64,000 nucleotides of DNA from an uncultured Chloroflexia bacterium (GCA_963704935.1 CAVPIF010000001.1:1601969-1665968); one strand, 5' to 3'; numbered from the stretch's first letter, positions 1-11,170 are shown. Program-made: numbers and translations. Notes: a model not told the origin generated them from the letters alone.

Positions 1-514
1 ACGAGATCCGCGGTGGAGGCCACGGCCCGCGCCGTGACGACCGGCCAGCGGCCCCGCTGCTCCGGGTCGCGCGCCAGCGATTCCCCGCGTGCGACGGCCA
101 CCTGGACCCGGCCGGCCAGACCGACCGCCTCGGCGGCCGCGCGGAGGAAGCGCGCCTTCTTGGCGATCGGCTCCACGAGCACGGCCTCCGCCGGCAGCGC
201 GGCCGCCAGCGGGATCCCCGGCAGTCCCCCACCTGAACCGAGATCGAGGAACCGCTCCACGCGGAGCTCCCGGAGCAGCGGGACGGCGGTCAGGCTGTCC
301 GCCACGTGCGCCGTTGCGGCGACCACCGGGTCGCGGACTGCCGTCAGGTTGATCGCGGTGGTCCAGGCCAGCAGCAGACGGATGTGACCGTCGATCGCGG
401 CACGCGCCGCTGCCGGGAGGTCCAGCCCGAGGCCCGCGAGCGCGGCATCCAGGGCGGCGTCGTAGGCCGCCGGAAGCGCCGGGGTGTCGTCGACGCGCGT
501 CGGGAGCGGCTCAC
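1..514 (-). CDS. rsmG: 16S rRNA (guanine-N7)-methyltransferase RsmG/GidB; 3' end runs off the window, start uncertain
   Basis: Minus-strand translation gives AIDGHIRLLLAWTTAINLTAVRDP and the SAM-binding motif FLDLGSGGGLPGIPLA (about 208-251). It is absent from the ORF track because there is no stop inside the window. There is no canonical in-frame start; the GTG at 514 is one frame off across a CCC run at 502-504. Confidence 0.7.
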
Positions 515-736
515 GTACGCGATCTACGACACGCCTCCTCGAGTCGTGCGTGCCGCCGGCGTATGCATGCCGCTCCCGGCGTGGTTTCGTCTCGCACCGG
601 CGCGCCTGTTCGGTCTTCCGCGATCCGTTCGGTTCACGGCCGGGTTTCCCCAGGCCCCTCGTGGACCGCGGTACCCTGCGGTTCGCCCTGTGCGGGAGTT
701 GGACGTTAGGAGCCGCGACCCGTCCGGGTCAACGGG

Positions 737-779
737 GTTATCCACCAAACGCCGGCGCGGCCACCGATTCGTGGATAAC
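737..779. other. Inverted pair of DnaA-box-like 9-mers (GTTATCCAC ... GTGGATAAC) separated by 25 bp
   Basis: Perfect 9-bp arms at 737-745 and 771-779, immediately 3' of the csoR stop and upstream of rsmG. The arms match TTATCCAC of the E. coli-type DnaA box. Confidence 0.3.
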
Positions 780-1148
780 TCAGGTGCTGCGCGACCCGCC
801 GCGGACCGGCCGGCCCAACGACCGACGGACGACGTCGATCACCTCGGCGACGTACTGGTCCGCTTCGCCTCGTTCGGCCGCCGTCCTGACACAGCCCTGG
901 ACGTGGTCCTCCAGCACGAGGATGGACAGCGAATCGACCGCCGCCCGCAGGGCAGCCGTCTGCTGGAGGATGTCGACGCAGTATTCCTCGCGCTCGATCA
1001 TCCGGGCGATCCCGCGGACCTGCCCCTCCATGCGCGACAGGCGGCGCATCAGCTGCGCCGTGTCCTTCGAGTAGCTATGGCGGAAGTGGCTCGGGTCGGG
1101 TGCCGGCGCCGGGCGCCGTCCGGTCGTGGTGGCCATGCGCGACATCAT
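780..1148 (-). CDS. csoR: CsoR/RcnR-family metal-sensing transcriptional repressor (122 aa)
   Basis: This is the C-terminal part of track ORF 780..1598. Sequence MMSRM...LMRRLSRMEGQVRGIARMIEREEYCVDILQQTAALRAAVDSLSILVLEDHVQGC is typical of the DUF156/CsoR helical bundle with the Cys-His-Cys ligand pattern. The ATG at 1148 is preceded by the operator. Confidence 0.85.
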   Translation of the reverse strand: MMSRMATTTGRRPAPAPDPSHFRHSYSKDTAQLMRRLSRMEGQVRGIARMIEREEYCVDILQQTAALRAAVDSLSILVLEDHVQGCVRTAAERGEADQYVAEVIDVVRRSLGRPVRGGSRST

Positions 1149-1163
1149 ACCCCCCAGGGGTAT
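1147..1163. promoter_or_regulatory. Candidate CsoR operator, ATACCCC-cca-GGGGTAT inverted repeat
   Basis: 7-bp perfect arms overlap the csoR start codon, in the 78-bp divergent region between csoR and the 1227 gene. It resembles known GC-rich CsoR operators (TACCC..GGGTA type). Confidence 0.6.
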
Positions 1164-1226
1164 CGACGCGCAATCGGTCCGTGCGGAGCCACCGCGTCGG
1201 GCCACGCTCGGGTAGACTGGCCGCCG

Positions 1227-1744
1227 ATGGACCCCAGCACCCCGTTCGCCCATGCCAGCGAGGCGGAGATGGCCCGCATCCTCGATTTCTATGCGGTCCA
1301 CTGGGAGTACGAGCCCGACACGTTCCCGATCCTCTGGAACCTGGACGGTGACGTCGTCGAGAGCTTCTCCCCGGACTTCTACCTTCCGGACCTCGACCTC
1401 TACCTGGAGATGACGACGCTCCGCCAGAAGCTCGTGCGCAAGAAGAACCGGAAGCTCCGCAGGCTGCGGGAGCTGTACCCCGGCGTCAACATCAAGCTGT
1501 TCTACGCGCGGGACTTCCGGGCCCTGATGCTCAAGTACGGGAAGGTGGCGCTGATCGGCGGGCTGTCCGGGTCGTCCGGCCAGGTCGCGCTGCCCCACGG
1601 TCCGTCCAGCCGGGTCGTCGTCGATCCGGTGAGCCTGCCGTCGCTGTCTCGCACATCTCCGGGATCTCCGGGATCTCCGGGCCGACCGGCCCGGCGTCGC
1701 GGGTCCGTCGCGCCACCACCGGCTGACAGGCCCGTGGTGAGCCG

Positions 1745-1748
<4 letters not shown>
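1227..1748 (+). CDS. Conserved hypothetical protein (173 aa), possible PD-(D/E)xK-like core, low-complexity SPG tail
   Basis: ATG at 1227 inside track ORF 306..1748. The stop overlaps the hpt start (ATGA). Motif SFSPDFYLPDLDLYLEMTTLRQK. Confidence 0.6.
1655..1681 (+). repeat. 3 x 9-bp tandem repeat (atctccggg) encoding SPGSPGSPG
   Basis: Direct reading of 1655-1681. Confidence 0.9.
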
Positions 1749-2328
<580 letters not shown>

Positions 2329-2332
<4 letters not shown>

Positions 2333-2772
2333 CGATGCAGCGCCGCCCGCTGGGGCAGGGGCGGACCCTGGCCGCGCTCGGTGGCCTGCTCATCGTGGTC
2401 GGGTCCGTGTTGCCGTGGTGGCGCCTCGGCGGCGAGACCGGCATCCCGGCTGTCGGCGGGAATGCGTTCGAAGGGAGCGGCATCGTCGTCTTCCTGGTCG
2501 GCGTGGCCACGCTCGCGCTGGTCGCGCTGCCCTACGCGATCGGGGATCGCCCGACCGCGGTGGACCGGCCACTGTCCTTCGGGCTGCTGGTCGTCGTGGG
2601 CTGGCTGGGCCTTGCGTGGCGGGTCTTCGACCTGCTCATGGTCGGCGCGTTCCGCTTCGACGAACCGGCCCAGGTGTTCACCAACGGGCCAGGCGTCTGG
2701 CTCGCGGGGCTCGGCCTCGCGATCGCCTCTCGAGCGGTGTACCGGATGACGCGGGAGCCGGTCTACCGCTGA
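2329..2772 (+). CDS. Hypothetical integral membrane protein (147 aa, about 4 TM)
   Basis: Start overlaps the hpt stop. Hydrophobic segments and GC3-rich codons. Confidence 0.6.
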
Positions 2773-2861
2773 AGAGCGCGGCGCCCTCCGACCGCCGTGG
2801 ACCGGCCAGTCTCGCGCGGCGTCGTACCATCGCCGGACATCCGTCCGCAGCAGGTGCGCCC

Positions 2862-4535
2862 TTGCCGACATCGCCGCACGATCCGGGTGCCGCTGATCCG
2901 CCGGAGCGGGGCGAAGCCGGGTTCCGCGTCCCGGTCACCCGCGTCGCGCCCGGTCCGAGGCGTCGCTGGTGGACAGGCGGGGCGCTGGCGGTCGCGGCGT
3001 TCGCGGTCGCCCTCGCGAATGGCCTGGCAGCCCAGGGGCCGGAGATCCCGGCCCCGTCGATCCCCCCGCGGCCCACCGAGCGCCCATCGGCCACGGTGGG
3101 ACCGTTCGCGACGGCGCTGCCCGCCCAGGAATGGTTCACCGCGCCTGCGGCACCGATGCACGGCGTCCTGCTCGAAGGAGACGCCGTTCGCTGGCTGCAT
3201 CTCGCCAGCGCGCGCACCACCGAGCCCCTCGACGGGACGATCGGGTGGGACCTCCTGCTCCGGGCGGCAGGCGGCGGGACCGTGTGCCTGTGCATCGACC
3301 TGGAGACGCCGGCGGATGGCGGCGCCGCGACCCTGGAGCTGGTCCGTACCGATACCGATCTGCACGAGCAGTCCCGCGTCGTCGTCCGCACCCTGCCCGC
3401 CGACGACCCGTCGAGCTCGGTGCCCGCGGCGACGCTGGTCGCGATGGAGCCCGCGCCGGACGGGCGGACGGTCCTGCTCGCGTGGCTCATCCCGTCGCCG
3501 GCGTCCTGGCGCCTCGGCCTCGACCTGATCGATCTCGCGACCGGGGAGGTCGCCGATTCGACCGAGCTCCGAGTCGCCCCACCCGAGGAGTACTACCTCC
3601 TCCCCGCCGTCCCGTCGCCGACGGTGCGGTTCGCGCCGGACGGGCGGCGCGCCTTCGTGGCGGTCTCGGCAGCGGCGGAGTCCCGGGCGTCGCTCGATGC
3701 GGCCGCGCGAGCCGCCTGGCTGGTCGAACTCGACGGCAGGTCCCTGGGCGGCGTCACGTCCGTGATCCTGCCCGCCGCGTTCCGATCGGACGGGTGCCTG
3801 TTCGACTTCGTCACGCCCGAGGCGGTCGCGGCGATCTGCGACGACGACTCCACGGAGGACGGCGGCGACATCATCGTCCGTCGCTGGGCGACCGATGGCG
3901 GCGCCCTGCCGGGCGACCCGCTCCGTTTCGCCGGTATCGCCAGCGGGAGTCCGCTGATCGACCAGACCCGTGGCCGAACCTTCGTGTGGGATCCGCTCGG
4001 CCACGTCATGGTCGGGCTGGACCTGCTCCGTGGCGGGATCCGCGCGGTCTCGGTTCCCGAGCGAGATACCCCGACCGTCGTCGTCCGCCTGGAAGGCGCC
4101 GACCGGGACGGGACACCTGCTGCCGCCGTCCCAACGACCTGGTCCGACGGGGCCACCGCGACCTGGCCATCGGCGCCGCCGCGCGATCTGGTCGGCTCAC
4201 CTGACGGGCGCTGGCTGTACGCGGCCGGTCGAACGGGCGAGCCACTGGGCGCGAGCACGGGGATCTGGGTGTTCGATGCGCACACGGTCCTGCCCGTCGA
4301 GCGCTGGCCGGCACTCGCCCTCTACGACGACCTCACGTTGCTGGAGGACGGGCGGTGGCTGGCCGCCATCGGGCGGCCGGGGGTGACGCCGGCCGGCGGA
4401 CCGGCGGACTGGGGCGTTTCCCTGACCGTGCACGACACGACGACGGGCATGCCGGTGCGGCGGATCGGGGACCTGGGGCTCGGGTCGGTGGGCTTCCATC
4501 GCGACCTGCCGGTAGTCGGCGCGCCGCCACCCTGA
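2862..4535 (+). CDS. Membrane-anchored or secreted hypothetical protein, beta-propeller-like (about 557 aa)
   Basis: Track ORF 2223..4535 trimmed to the TTG at 2862, the only canonical start after the upstream gene, with AGGTG 5 nt upstream. Signal-anchor sequence RRRWWTGGALAVAAFAVALANGLAA. Confidence 0.6.
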   Translation: MPTSPHDPGAADPPERGEAGFRVPVTRVAPGPRRRWWTGGALAVAAFAVALANGLAAQGPEIPAPSIPPRPTERPSATVGPFATALPAQEWFTAPAAPMHGVLLEGDAVRWLHLASARTTEPLDGTIGWDLLLRAAGGGTVCLCIDLETPADGGAATLELVRTDTDLHEQSRVVVRTLPADDPSSSVPAATLVAMEPAPDGRTVLLAWLIPSPASWRLGLDLIDLATGEVADSTELRVAPPEEYYLLPAVPSPTVRFAPDGRRAFVAVSAAAESRASLDAAARAAWLVELDGRSLGGVTSVILPAAFRSDGCLFDFVTPEAVAAICDDDSTEDGGDIIVRRWATDGGALPGDPLRFAGIASGSPLIDQTRGRTFVWDPLGHVMVGLDLLRGGIRAVSVPERDTPTVVVRLEGADRDGTPAAAVPTTWSDGATATWPSAPPRDLVGSPDGRWLYAAGRTGEPLGASTGIWVFDAHTVLPVERWPALALYDDLTLLEDGRWLAAIGRPGVTPAGGPADWGVSLTVHDTTTGMPVRRIGDLGLGSVGFHRDLPVVGAPPP

Positions 4536-4576
4536 TCGGCCGCGCTTCCGCCGCCTCGGCGGCTGCCCGCCGGCGG

Positions 4577-5305
4577 TCAGTCGATGCCGAGATACGCCTT
4601 CTGGACCATCTCGTTGTCGCGCAGCGCAGCGGCGTCCTCGGCCAGCACGATCTGGCCGGTCTCGATGACGTACCCGCGGTCGGCGATCGCGAGCGCCTTG
4701 CGGGCGTTCTGCTCCACCAGCAGGATCGTCGTTCCTCGCGCGTGCAGCTCGATGATCGTCTCGAAGATCTGGTCGACGAGCAACGGCGCCAGCCCCATCG
4801 ACGGCTCGTCGAGGAGCAGGACCTTGGGGTCGGACATCAGGCCTCGGCTCATGGCCAGCATCTGCTGTTCGCCACCGCTCAGCGTGCCGGCGACCTGGTT
4901 CTCGCGCTGCTTGAGGCGCGGGAAGAGCGCGAAGGCCTCGTCCGTGCGCTGGATCACGAGCGCCTTGTCGTTGACGACGAACGCGCCCATCTTGAGATTC
5001 TCGGTCACGGTCAGCCGGGCGAAGATCCGGCGGCCCTCGGGCACCTGGACGACGCCCTTGATCATGATCTCGTGCGGCTTGTACTGGCCGAGGTCCTCGC
5101 CCTGGAGCAAGATCTGGCCGCTCTTCGGCCGGACCAGCCCGCTGATCGAGTTTAGCGTGGTGCTCTTGCCGGCGCCGTTGCCACCGATGAGCGCGACGAT
5201 CTCGCCCTGGTTGACTTCGAGCGAGATGCCGCGCAGGGCATGGATGCTGCCGTAGTACGTGTTGACGTCGACGACCGACAGGACCGGCGTGCTGGTCGTG
5301 GTCAT
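4577..5305 (-). CDS. livF: Branched-chain amino acid ABC transporter ATP-binding protein LivF
   Basis: Walker A GGNGAGKST, signature LSGGEQQML, Walker B LLLDEPS. Confidence 0.9.
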   Translation of the reverse strand: MTTTSTPVLSVVDVNTYYGSIHALRGISLEVNQGEIVALIGGNGAGKSTTLNSISGLVRPKSGQILLQGEDLGQYKPHEIMIKGVVQVPEGRRIFARLTVTENLKMGAFVVNDKALVIQRTDEAFALFPRLKQRENQVAGTLSGGEQQMLAMSRGLMSDPKVLLLDEPSMGLAPLLVDQIFETIIELHARGTTILLVEQNARKALAIADRGYVIETGQIVLAEDAAALRDNEMVQKAYLGID

Positions 5306-6117
5306 GCGTGGTCCGCCCCGTCGGCCCCGACTGCGACCGCAGCGGTCTCCGCGGCGCCTTCGCGGCCGAGGTAGGCCTCGATGACCTGCGGATCGCGCTG
5401 GATCTCCTTGGGGGTCCCCTCGGCGATCTTTCGGCCGTAGTCGAGCACCGTGATCTTCTCCGAGATGTCCATGACGACGCGCATCTCGTGCTCGATCAGC
5501 AGGACCGTGATCCCGAGCTCACCGCGCAGCCTCCGGAAGAAGTCGGTCATCTGGAGCGTCTCGATCGGGTTCATGCCGGCCGTCGGCTCGTCGAGGAGCA
5601 GGAGGCGCGGCTTGTTGGCCAGCGCCCGTGCCACCTCCAGGCGGCGCTGGTCGCCGTACGGCAGCTTGACGGCGAGGTAGTCGCCGCGGTCCTTGAGGCC
5701 AACGAACTCGAGCAGGCGCAGCGCCTCGACATGGGCGGCCTCCTCTTCGCGTCGCTGCGCTCTCGTGCGGAAGATGGCGCCGAGCCATGTGGAGTTCATG
5801 TGGTTGTGCTGACCGACCAGGATGTTCTCGACCGCGGTCATGCTTCGGAACAGGCGGATGTTCTGATACGTCCGCGAGATCCCGAAGTGGGCGACCTGGT
5901 CCGGCCGGAGCGTATGGATCGGGTGGCCGTCGAACGTGATGCTGCCTTCGTCCACGTGGAAGAACCCCGTGAGGCAGTTGAAGAACGTCGTCTTGCCGGC
6001 GCCGTTGGGCCCGATGACGCTCGCGATCGAGCCTTCCTCGAGCTCGAAGTCGAGCTCGCTGACGGCCGTCAGCCCGCCGAACCGCTTCGTGACCTGCGAG
6101 GCCTTCAGCAGGATCAT
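5302..6117 (-). CDS. livG: Branched-chain amino acid ABC transporter ATP-binding protein LivG
   Basis: GPNGAGKTT, LPYGDQRRLEVARAL, LLLLDEPTAG. 4-nt overlap with livF. Confidence 0.9.
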   Translation of the reverse strand: MILLKASQVTKRFGGLTAVSELDFELEEGSIASVIGPNGAGKTTFFNCLTGFFHVDEGSITFDGHPIHTLRPDQVAHFGISRTYQNIRLFRSMTAVENILVGQHNHMNSTWLGAIFRTRAQRREEEAAHVEALRLLEFVGLKDRGDYLAVKLPYGDQRRLEVARALANKPRLLLLDEPTAGMNPIETLQMTDFFRRLRGELGITVLLIEHEMRVVMDISEKITVLDYGRKIAEGTPKEIQRDPQVIEAYLGREGAAETAAVAVGADGADHA

Positions 6118-7864
6118 CGGGCCCTTGCCTCGCGTCGTTCCTCGTCGGTGATCAGCTGGTCATCCGGCAAGGCGAGGACCTCTTCGCTGGTATGGAGCTC
6201 TCGTCGCCTCACTCTGGACGGCAGCAGGCCCTCGGGCCGCATGATCATGATGCTCATGAGGGCGACGCCGTAGAACAGGAGCCGGTAGTCGGAGAATTCG
6301 CGGAACAGCTCCGGCAGGCCGATCAGCACGAGGGCACCCAGCACGACGCCAGGGATGCTGCCCATCCCGCCGACGATCACGATGGCCGCCACATTGATGG
6401 ACAGCTGGAGCTGGATGCTCGACGCGAAGATGGACCCGACGAGGCCGACCGAGATCGCGCCGGCGAGACCGGCGAACGCTCCGCCGAGCATGTAGGCGAG
6501 CAGTTTCGTCTGGACGAGGTTGACACCCATCCCCTCGGCGACATCCTCGTCTTCGCGGAGCGCCATCCAGGATCGCCCAAGGCGTGAGCCGCGCAGCCGC
6601 CACGCGACGAATGCCACGATGGCGGCGCAGATGAGGGCGATGTAGTAGATCTGGACAGGCCCGGCCAGCCAGTCGGTGGGCGGTACGTCGATCGGCTTGG
6701 GGATGTTGAGGATGCCCCGCGGCCCGCCGAGGATCGGCTTCAGCAGGTCCGATCCGGCGAGGATCCGGATGATCTCGCCGAAGCCCAGGGTCGCGATGGC
6801 GAGGTAGTCGCCTCGGATGCGAAGGATCGGCAGCCCCAGGAAGAGCGCGACCAGCATCGCGAACAGCACGCCGAACGGGACGGCTTGCCAGAACGACCAG
6901 CCGGCGAGCCCGTACTCTGCGGTCGAGGTCAGGAGCGCCACCGTGTAGGCGCCCACCGCGTAGAAGGCGACGAAGCCAAGGTCCAGCAGACCGGCGAGAC
7001 CGAGCGTGATGTTCAGGCCGAGGCCCAGCAGGACGAACAGGGCGACGAGGGCGATGACCTGGGCGAAGAACGGTCCGAGGGCGAGCGGGAAGAAGAAGAC
7101 GAATACGAGGACCAGGATCGCCAGCGGCCCGAGCACGAGTCGCCGTTGGGCGGGCGGCAGCGCGTTGACGCGACGCCTCGGCTTGGTGGTCCGAACGAGC
7201 ACGCTCGTCGCGACGCTCAGGATGAAGACCAGGATCGCGCCGATGACGTTCAGCCCCTCCGAACCGAACAGGGTCCTCGCCAGGTCCGCGAGCGGGGTCA
7301 CGAGCATCGGGGTCCGCAGCAGTCCGGCGAACAGACCGAAGAAGACCAGCGACGACAGGCCGACGACGAGCGGCGAGCGGATGCTGGTCGGGAGCCCGAA
7401 GACGACCGCCGCGAGGCCCCCGGTGATCGCCCCGACGACGATCGGCACGTACGCACCGGTCACCACGATGCCGTTATTGAGGAGTTCATACAGGACGGGT
7501 GATGCGTTGAGGAACATCGCCCGCAGGTCCACGATGGACCCGAACCCGATCAGACCGGTCACCATCGCGCCGGCGATCCCGCCGGAGATCGCGCCACTGA
7601 CGACCGCCCTGGACAACGACGTCCGGATGTGGCCGCGCGCCGCGACGTACCCGATCGCGCCGAAGGCGATCAGCAGGGCCGCCTGCCCGAGTTCGACGAC
7701 GCCGATGATGAGCGGCCGGACGGCGAAGACCGGGACGATCCCGACCAGGCACAGGTAGATCGCGACCGCCCCTCCACCGACACCGATCTTGATGAGCTTG
7801 GACAGGTGCCAGCTGCCGCCACCGACGGCGCCGCTCATACCGGGCGGTGGAAGGGTCGTCGCGG

Positions 7865-7868
<4 letters not shown>
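6114..7868 (-). CDS. livM: Branched-chain amino acid ABC permease LivM with long N-terminal membrane extension (584 aa)
   Basis: The C-terminal about 330 aa are LivM-like (GLNITLGLAGLLDLGFVAFYAVGAY). The N-terminal about 250 aa are extra TM helices. Confidence 0.85.
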
Positions 7869-8942
<1,074 letters not shown>

Positions 8943-8981
8943 CGGGCGGCCTCCGTCGATTCACGGCCTTGGGGGAGTATC

Positions 8982-9012
8982 GGGGACGAGCGGGCGGTGC
9001 CCGCTCGTCCCC
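8982..9012 (-). terminator. Strong intercistronic stem-loop between livJ and livH (13-bp perfect stem, 5-nt loop)
   Basis: GGGGACGAGCGGG-cggtg-CCCGCTCGTCCCC. There is no U-tract, so it is more likely an attenuator or mRNA-stability element than an intrinsic terminator. Confidence 0.4.
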
Positions 9013-9025
9013 GAAGATCGATCGT

Positions 9026-9044
9026 CCCTCTTAACTCAAGAGGG
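9026..9044 (-). terminator. Second small stem-loop just 3' of the livJ stop
   Basis: CCCTCTT-aactc-AAGAGGG, 7-bp stem. Confidence 0.3.
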
Positions 9045-9052
9045 GATACGGC

Positions 9053-10288
9053 CTACTTCGGCCAGATGGGAGTCGCCGGCATCTTGAGCGCGTCGACGTC
9101 CGCCTGGGTGACCTGGTAGACCGCGATGACCGGTGCGCCGCAGTCACCGGTGGCGGTGCAGCTGAGGGTGCCGGTCAGACCGACGAAATCCTTGGTCGCG
9201 AAGATCGCGTCGCGAAGGGCGCCCTTCGGGACCGACAGGGATCCGTCGGAGTTCTCGACCGCGACCTTGGTGAGCGCCGCGAACAGCATGTTCGTGGCGT
9301 CGTAGGCCTGGGCGTGGAACGCACTCAGGGCGTCGCCGCCGAACTTGGCCGCCCGCTTCTCGAGGAAGCCGGCGTAATCGCCGGTGAAGGCCGAGAAGTT
9401 CGGGCTCGTCTGGTAGTGACCCACCGCGGCGGATCCCGCGGCCTTGAGGAAGTCGGCGGAATAGTGGCCGTCGGCGCCCATCGTCTCGACGTTCTCAAGA
9501 CCGGTGGTCGACGGGATCTGTGACTTGAGGAAACCGGCTTCGGCGATGAACAACGGCATGTAGATGAATTCCGGCGACGCCGCCGCCATCGTCTTCAATG
9601 TCGTGCTCATGTCCGTGGTGCCCTTGGCGATGGCCTCGGAGGCGACGATCTCGCCACCGAGCGCCTTGAACTCGGTCTCGAAGACTCCGACCAGGGCTTC
9701 GGCGTAGCCGCTGCCGTCGTGGATCGTGGCGGCCTTCGTGACCTTCAGCTCGTTGTAGGCGTACTCGGCTGCGACCTTGCCCTGGAACTCGTCGTTGTGC
9801 GCCGTGCGAGCGTAGCCCGCGTAGGTCGCGTCGCGATCCGCGGCGGTCAGTGCCGGGCGGGTGTTGGACGGCGAGATGGTGGTCAGGCCGGCCTCGGTGA
9901 TGGTCTTGATGCCACCGACGACCTCGTCGGAGCAGGCCGAACCGACGAGACCCACGAGGGTGCTGTCGGCGGCGAGCTTGACGGCTGCCGTGGCGCCGCC
10001 CTCGGGCGTGCACAGGCCGTCTTCGGTGGTCAGCAGGATGTCGTGACCCTTGAACTTGCCACCGAGATCGTCGATGGCCACTTCGACGCCCTGCTTGGAG
10101 TCCTCACCCAGGGACGCATCGGGCCCCGAGAGGACGCCCCAGTACGCGACATGGACCGGCTCGCCGGCCGGGATGTTGACGGTGCCGAGTGGATCTGTCA
10201 CCGGCGCCGCGCTCGGCGTTCCCGAGCTGCACGCTGCGAGCACCATGACGGCGGCCGCCGCGAGTGCTCCGATCTTCGTGAACTTCAT
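9053..10288 (-). CDS. Branched-chain amino acid ABC substrate-binding lipoprotein (LivJ/LivK family, 411 aa)
   Basis: Track ORF 9053..11278 trimmed to the ATG at 10288 (MKFTKIGALAAAAVMVLAACSS lipobox), with GGAGGAG upstream. Type-I periplasmic binding fold motifs. Confidence 0.9.
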   Translation of the reverse strand: MKFTKIGALAAAAVMVLAACSSGTPSAAPVTDPLGTVNIPAGEPVHVAYWGVLSGPDASLGEDSKQGVEVAIDDLGGKFKGHDILLTTEDGLCTPEGGATAAVKLAADSTLVGLVGSACSDEVVGGIKTITEAGLTTISPSNTRPALTAADRDATYAGYARTAHNDEFQGKVAAEYAYNELKVTKAATIHDGSGYAEALVGVFETEFKALGGEIVASEAIAKGTTDMSTTLKTMAAASPEFIYMPLFIAEAGFLKSQIPSTTGLENVETMGADGHYSADFLKAAGSAAVGHYQTSPNFSAFTGDYAGFLEKRAAKFGGDALSAFHAQAYDATNMLFAALTKVAVENSDGSLSVPKGALRDAIFATKDFVGLTGTLSCTATGDCGAPVIAVYQVTQADVDALKMPATPIWPK

Positions 10289-10517
10289 GTTTCTCCTCCG
10301 TGATGTCCGATCGTCCGGCGGTCCCGGAGCGATCCCTCGGTCGAAGCCCACTGGCCCCACCCCGACGCGGTCAAGGAGTCCGCACGAGCGCTCAGAGCCC
10401 CGATGCCGTTGACGCGCCCCTCCCAGGGCGTCGGCGGAAGTGGGCGGCGATGCGTATCGGGCGGCGACGCATGTCCATGTTCGGGCGGCGCGCAGGTGAC
10501 CGCCGAAGCGATGCCGT

Positions 10518-10545
10518 ATATTAGGCATCGGCGACCCGAATGCAA
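10518..10545 (-). promoter_or_regulatory. Candidate sigma-70-type promoter TTGCAT-16 nt-TAATAT for the liv operon
   Basis: Minus strand reads ccggtaTTGCATtcgggtcgccgatgccTAATATacgg. It would give a leader of about 220 nt before the livJ ATG. Confidence 0.4.
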
Positions 10546-10705
10546 TACCGGTCGGCCGCCCCTTCGTCCTTCGCGCTCGTGCGCGGTCCGTGAACGTCAT
10601 CCGCTCGCGATCGGGACGAGGTCGCTGGCCTCCTGTGCCGGCCATGGGTCGGATGCCCCGGTCGAGGGGCGACGGTCGCCGTCCTGTGAGGTACGAACCT
10701 TCGGC

Positions 10706-11170
10706 GTGGAATACCTGGTCCGAGCCGCCCGTGTCACCGATATCGATCGTCTCGTCGCCCTCGGCGACGCGGACCTTCGTGTGGACCGTGACCCGAGCCC
10801 GCTCGATGCCGCGGACCTGCTCCGACAGCTCGTCTACCTGCCGCAGGCGAGCATCTTCGTCGCCGAGACGGGGCGTCACGTCGTGGGAGGAGCCGTCCTG
10901 GCTCTTCGCCCGTCGGTCCGCTCCGGGGGGTTCGTCGGCACGATCGATCTGCTGGTCGTCGACCCCGACCATGACGTCGACCGAGTGACCGCCGCCCTCC
11001 TGGAGGAAGTCATCCGCTCGGCAAGCAACAAGGGCTGTACGGTCGTCGAGGCGGTCCCGCCGAGCGACCCGATCGCCACCGAGCGCTGGACACGACTGGG
11101 GTTCGCCCCGGCCGGTCCGCGCATCCAACGACCCGTGGCCGCGGCCGGCATCGCCGGGCGCCGCCCATGA
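10706..11170 (+). CDS. GNAT-like N-acetyltransferase (154 aa)
   Basis: GTG at 10706 within track ORF 10403..11170. Sequence FVAETGRHVVGGAVLAL...IDLLVVDPDHDVDRVTAALLEEV...RLGF. Confidence 0.5.
   Translation: MEYLVRAARVTDIDRLVALGDADLRVDRDPSPLDAADLLRQLVYLPQASIFVAETGRHVVGGAVLALRPSVRSGGFVGTIDLLVVDPDHDVDRVTAALLEEVIRSASNKGCTVVEAVPPSDPIATERWTRLGFAPAGPRIQRPVAAAGIAGRRP

Noticed and set aside
306-1226. Upstream 300 aa of the 480-aa plus-strand ORF and other ORFs overlapping csoR
   Set aside because: They overlap the well-supported csoR gene and its operator. The sequence is Arg-rich and lacks motifs.
4536-4576. Possible bidirectional terminator hairpin GCCGCC-tc-GGCGGC between convergent genes
   Set aside because: The loop is only 2 nt and there is no U-tract. 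It is indistinguishable from random GC-rich self-complementarity.
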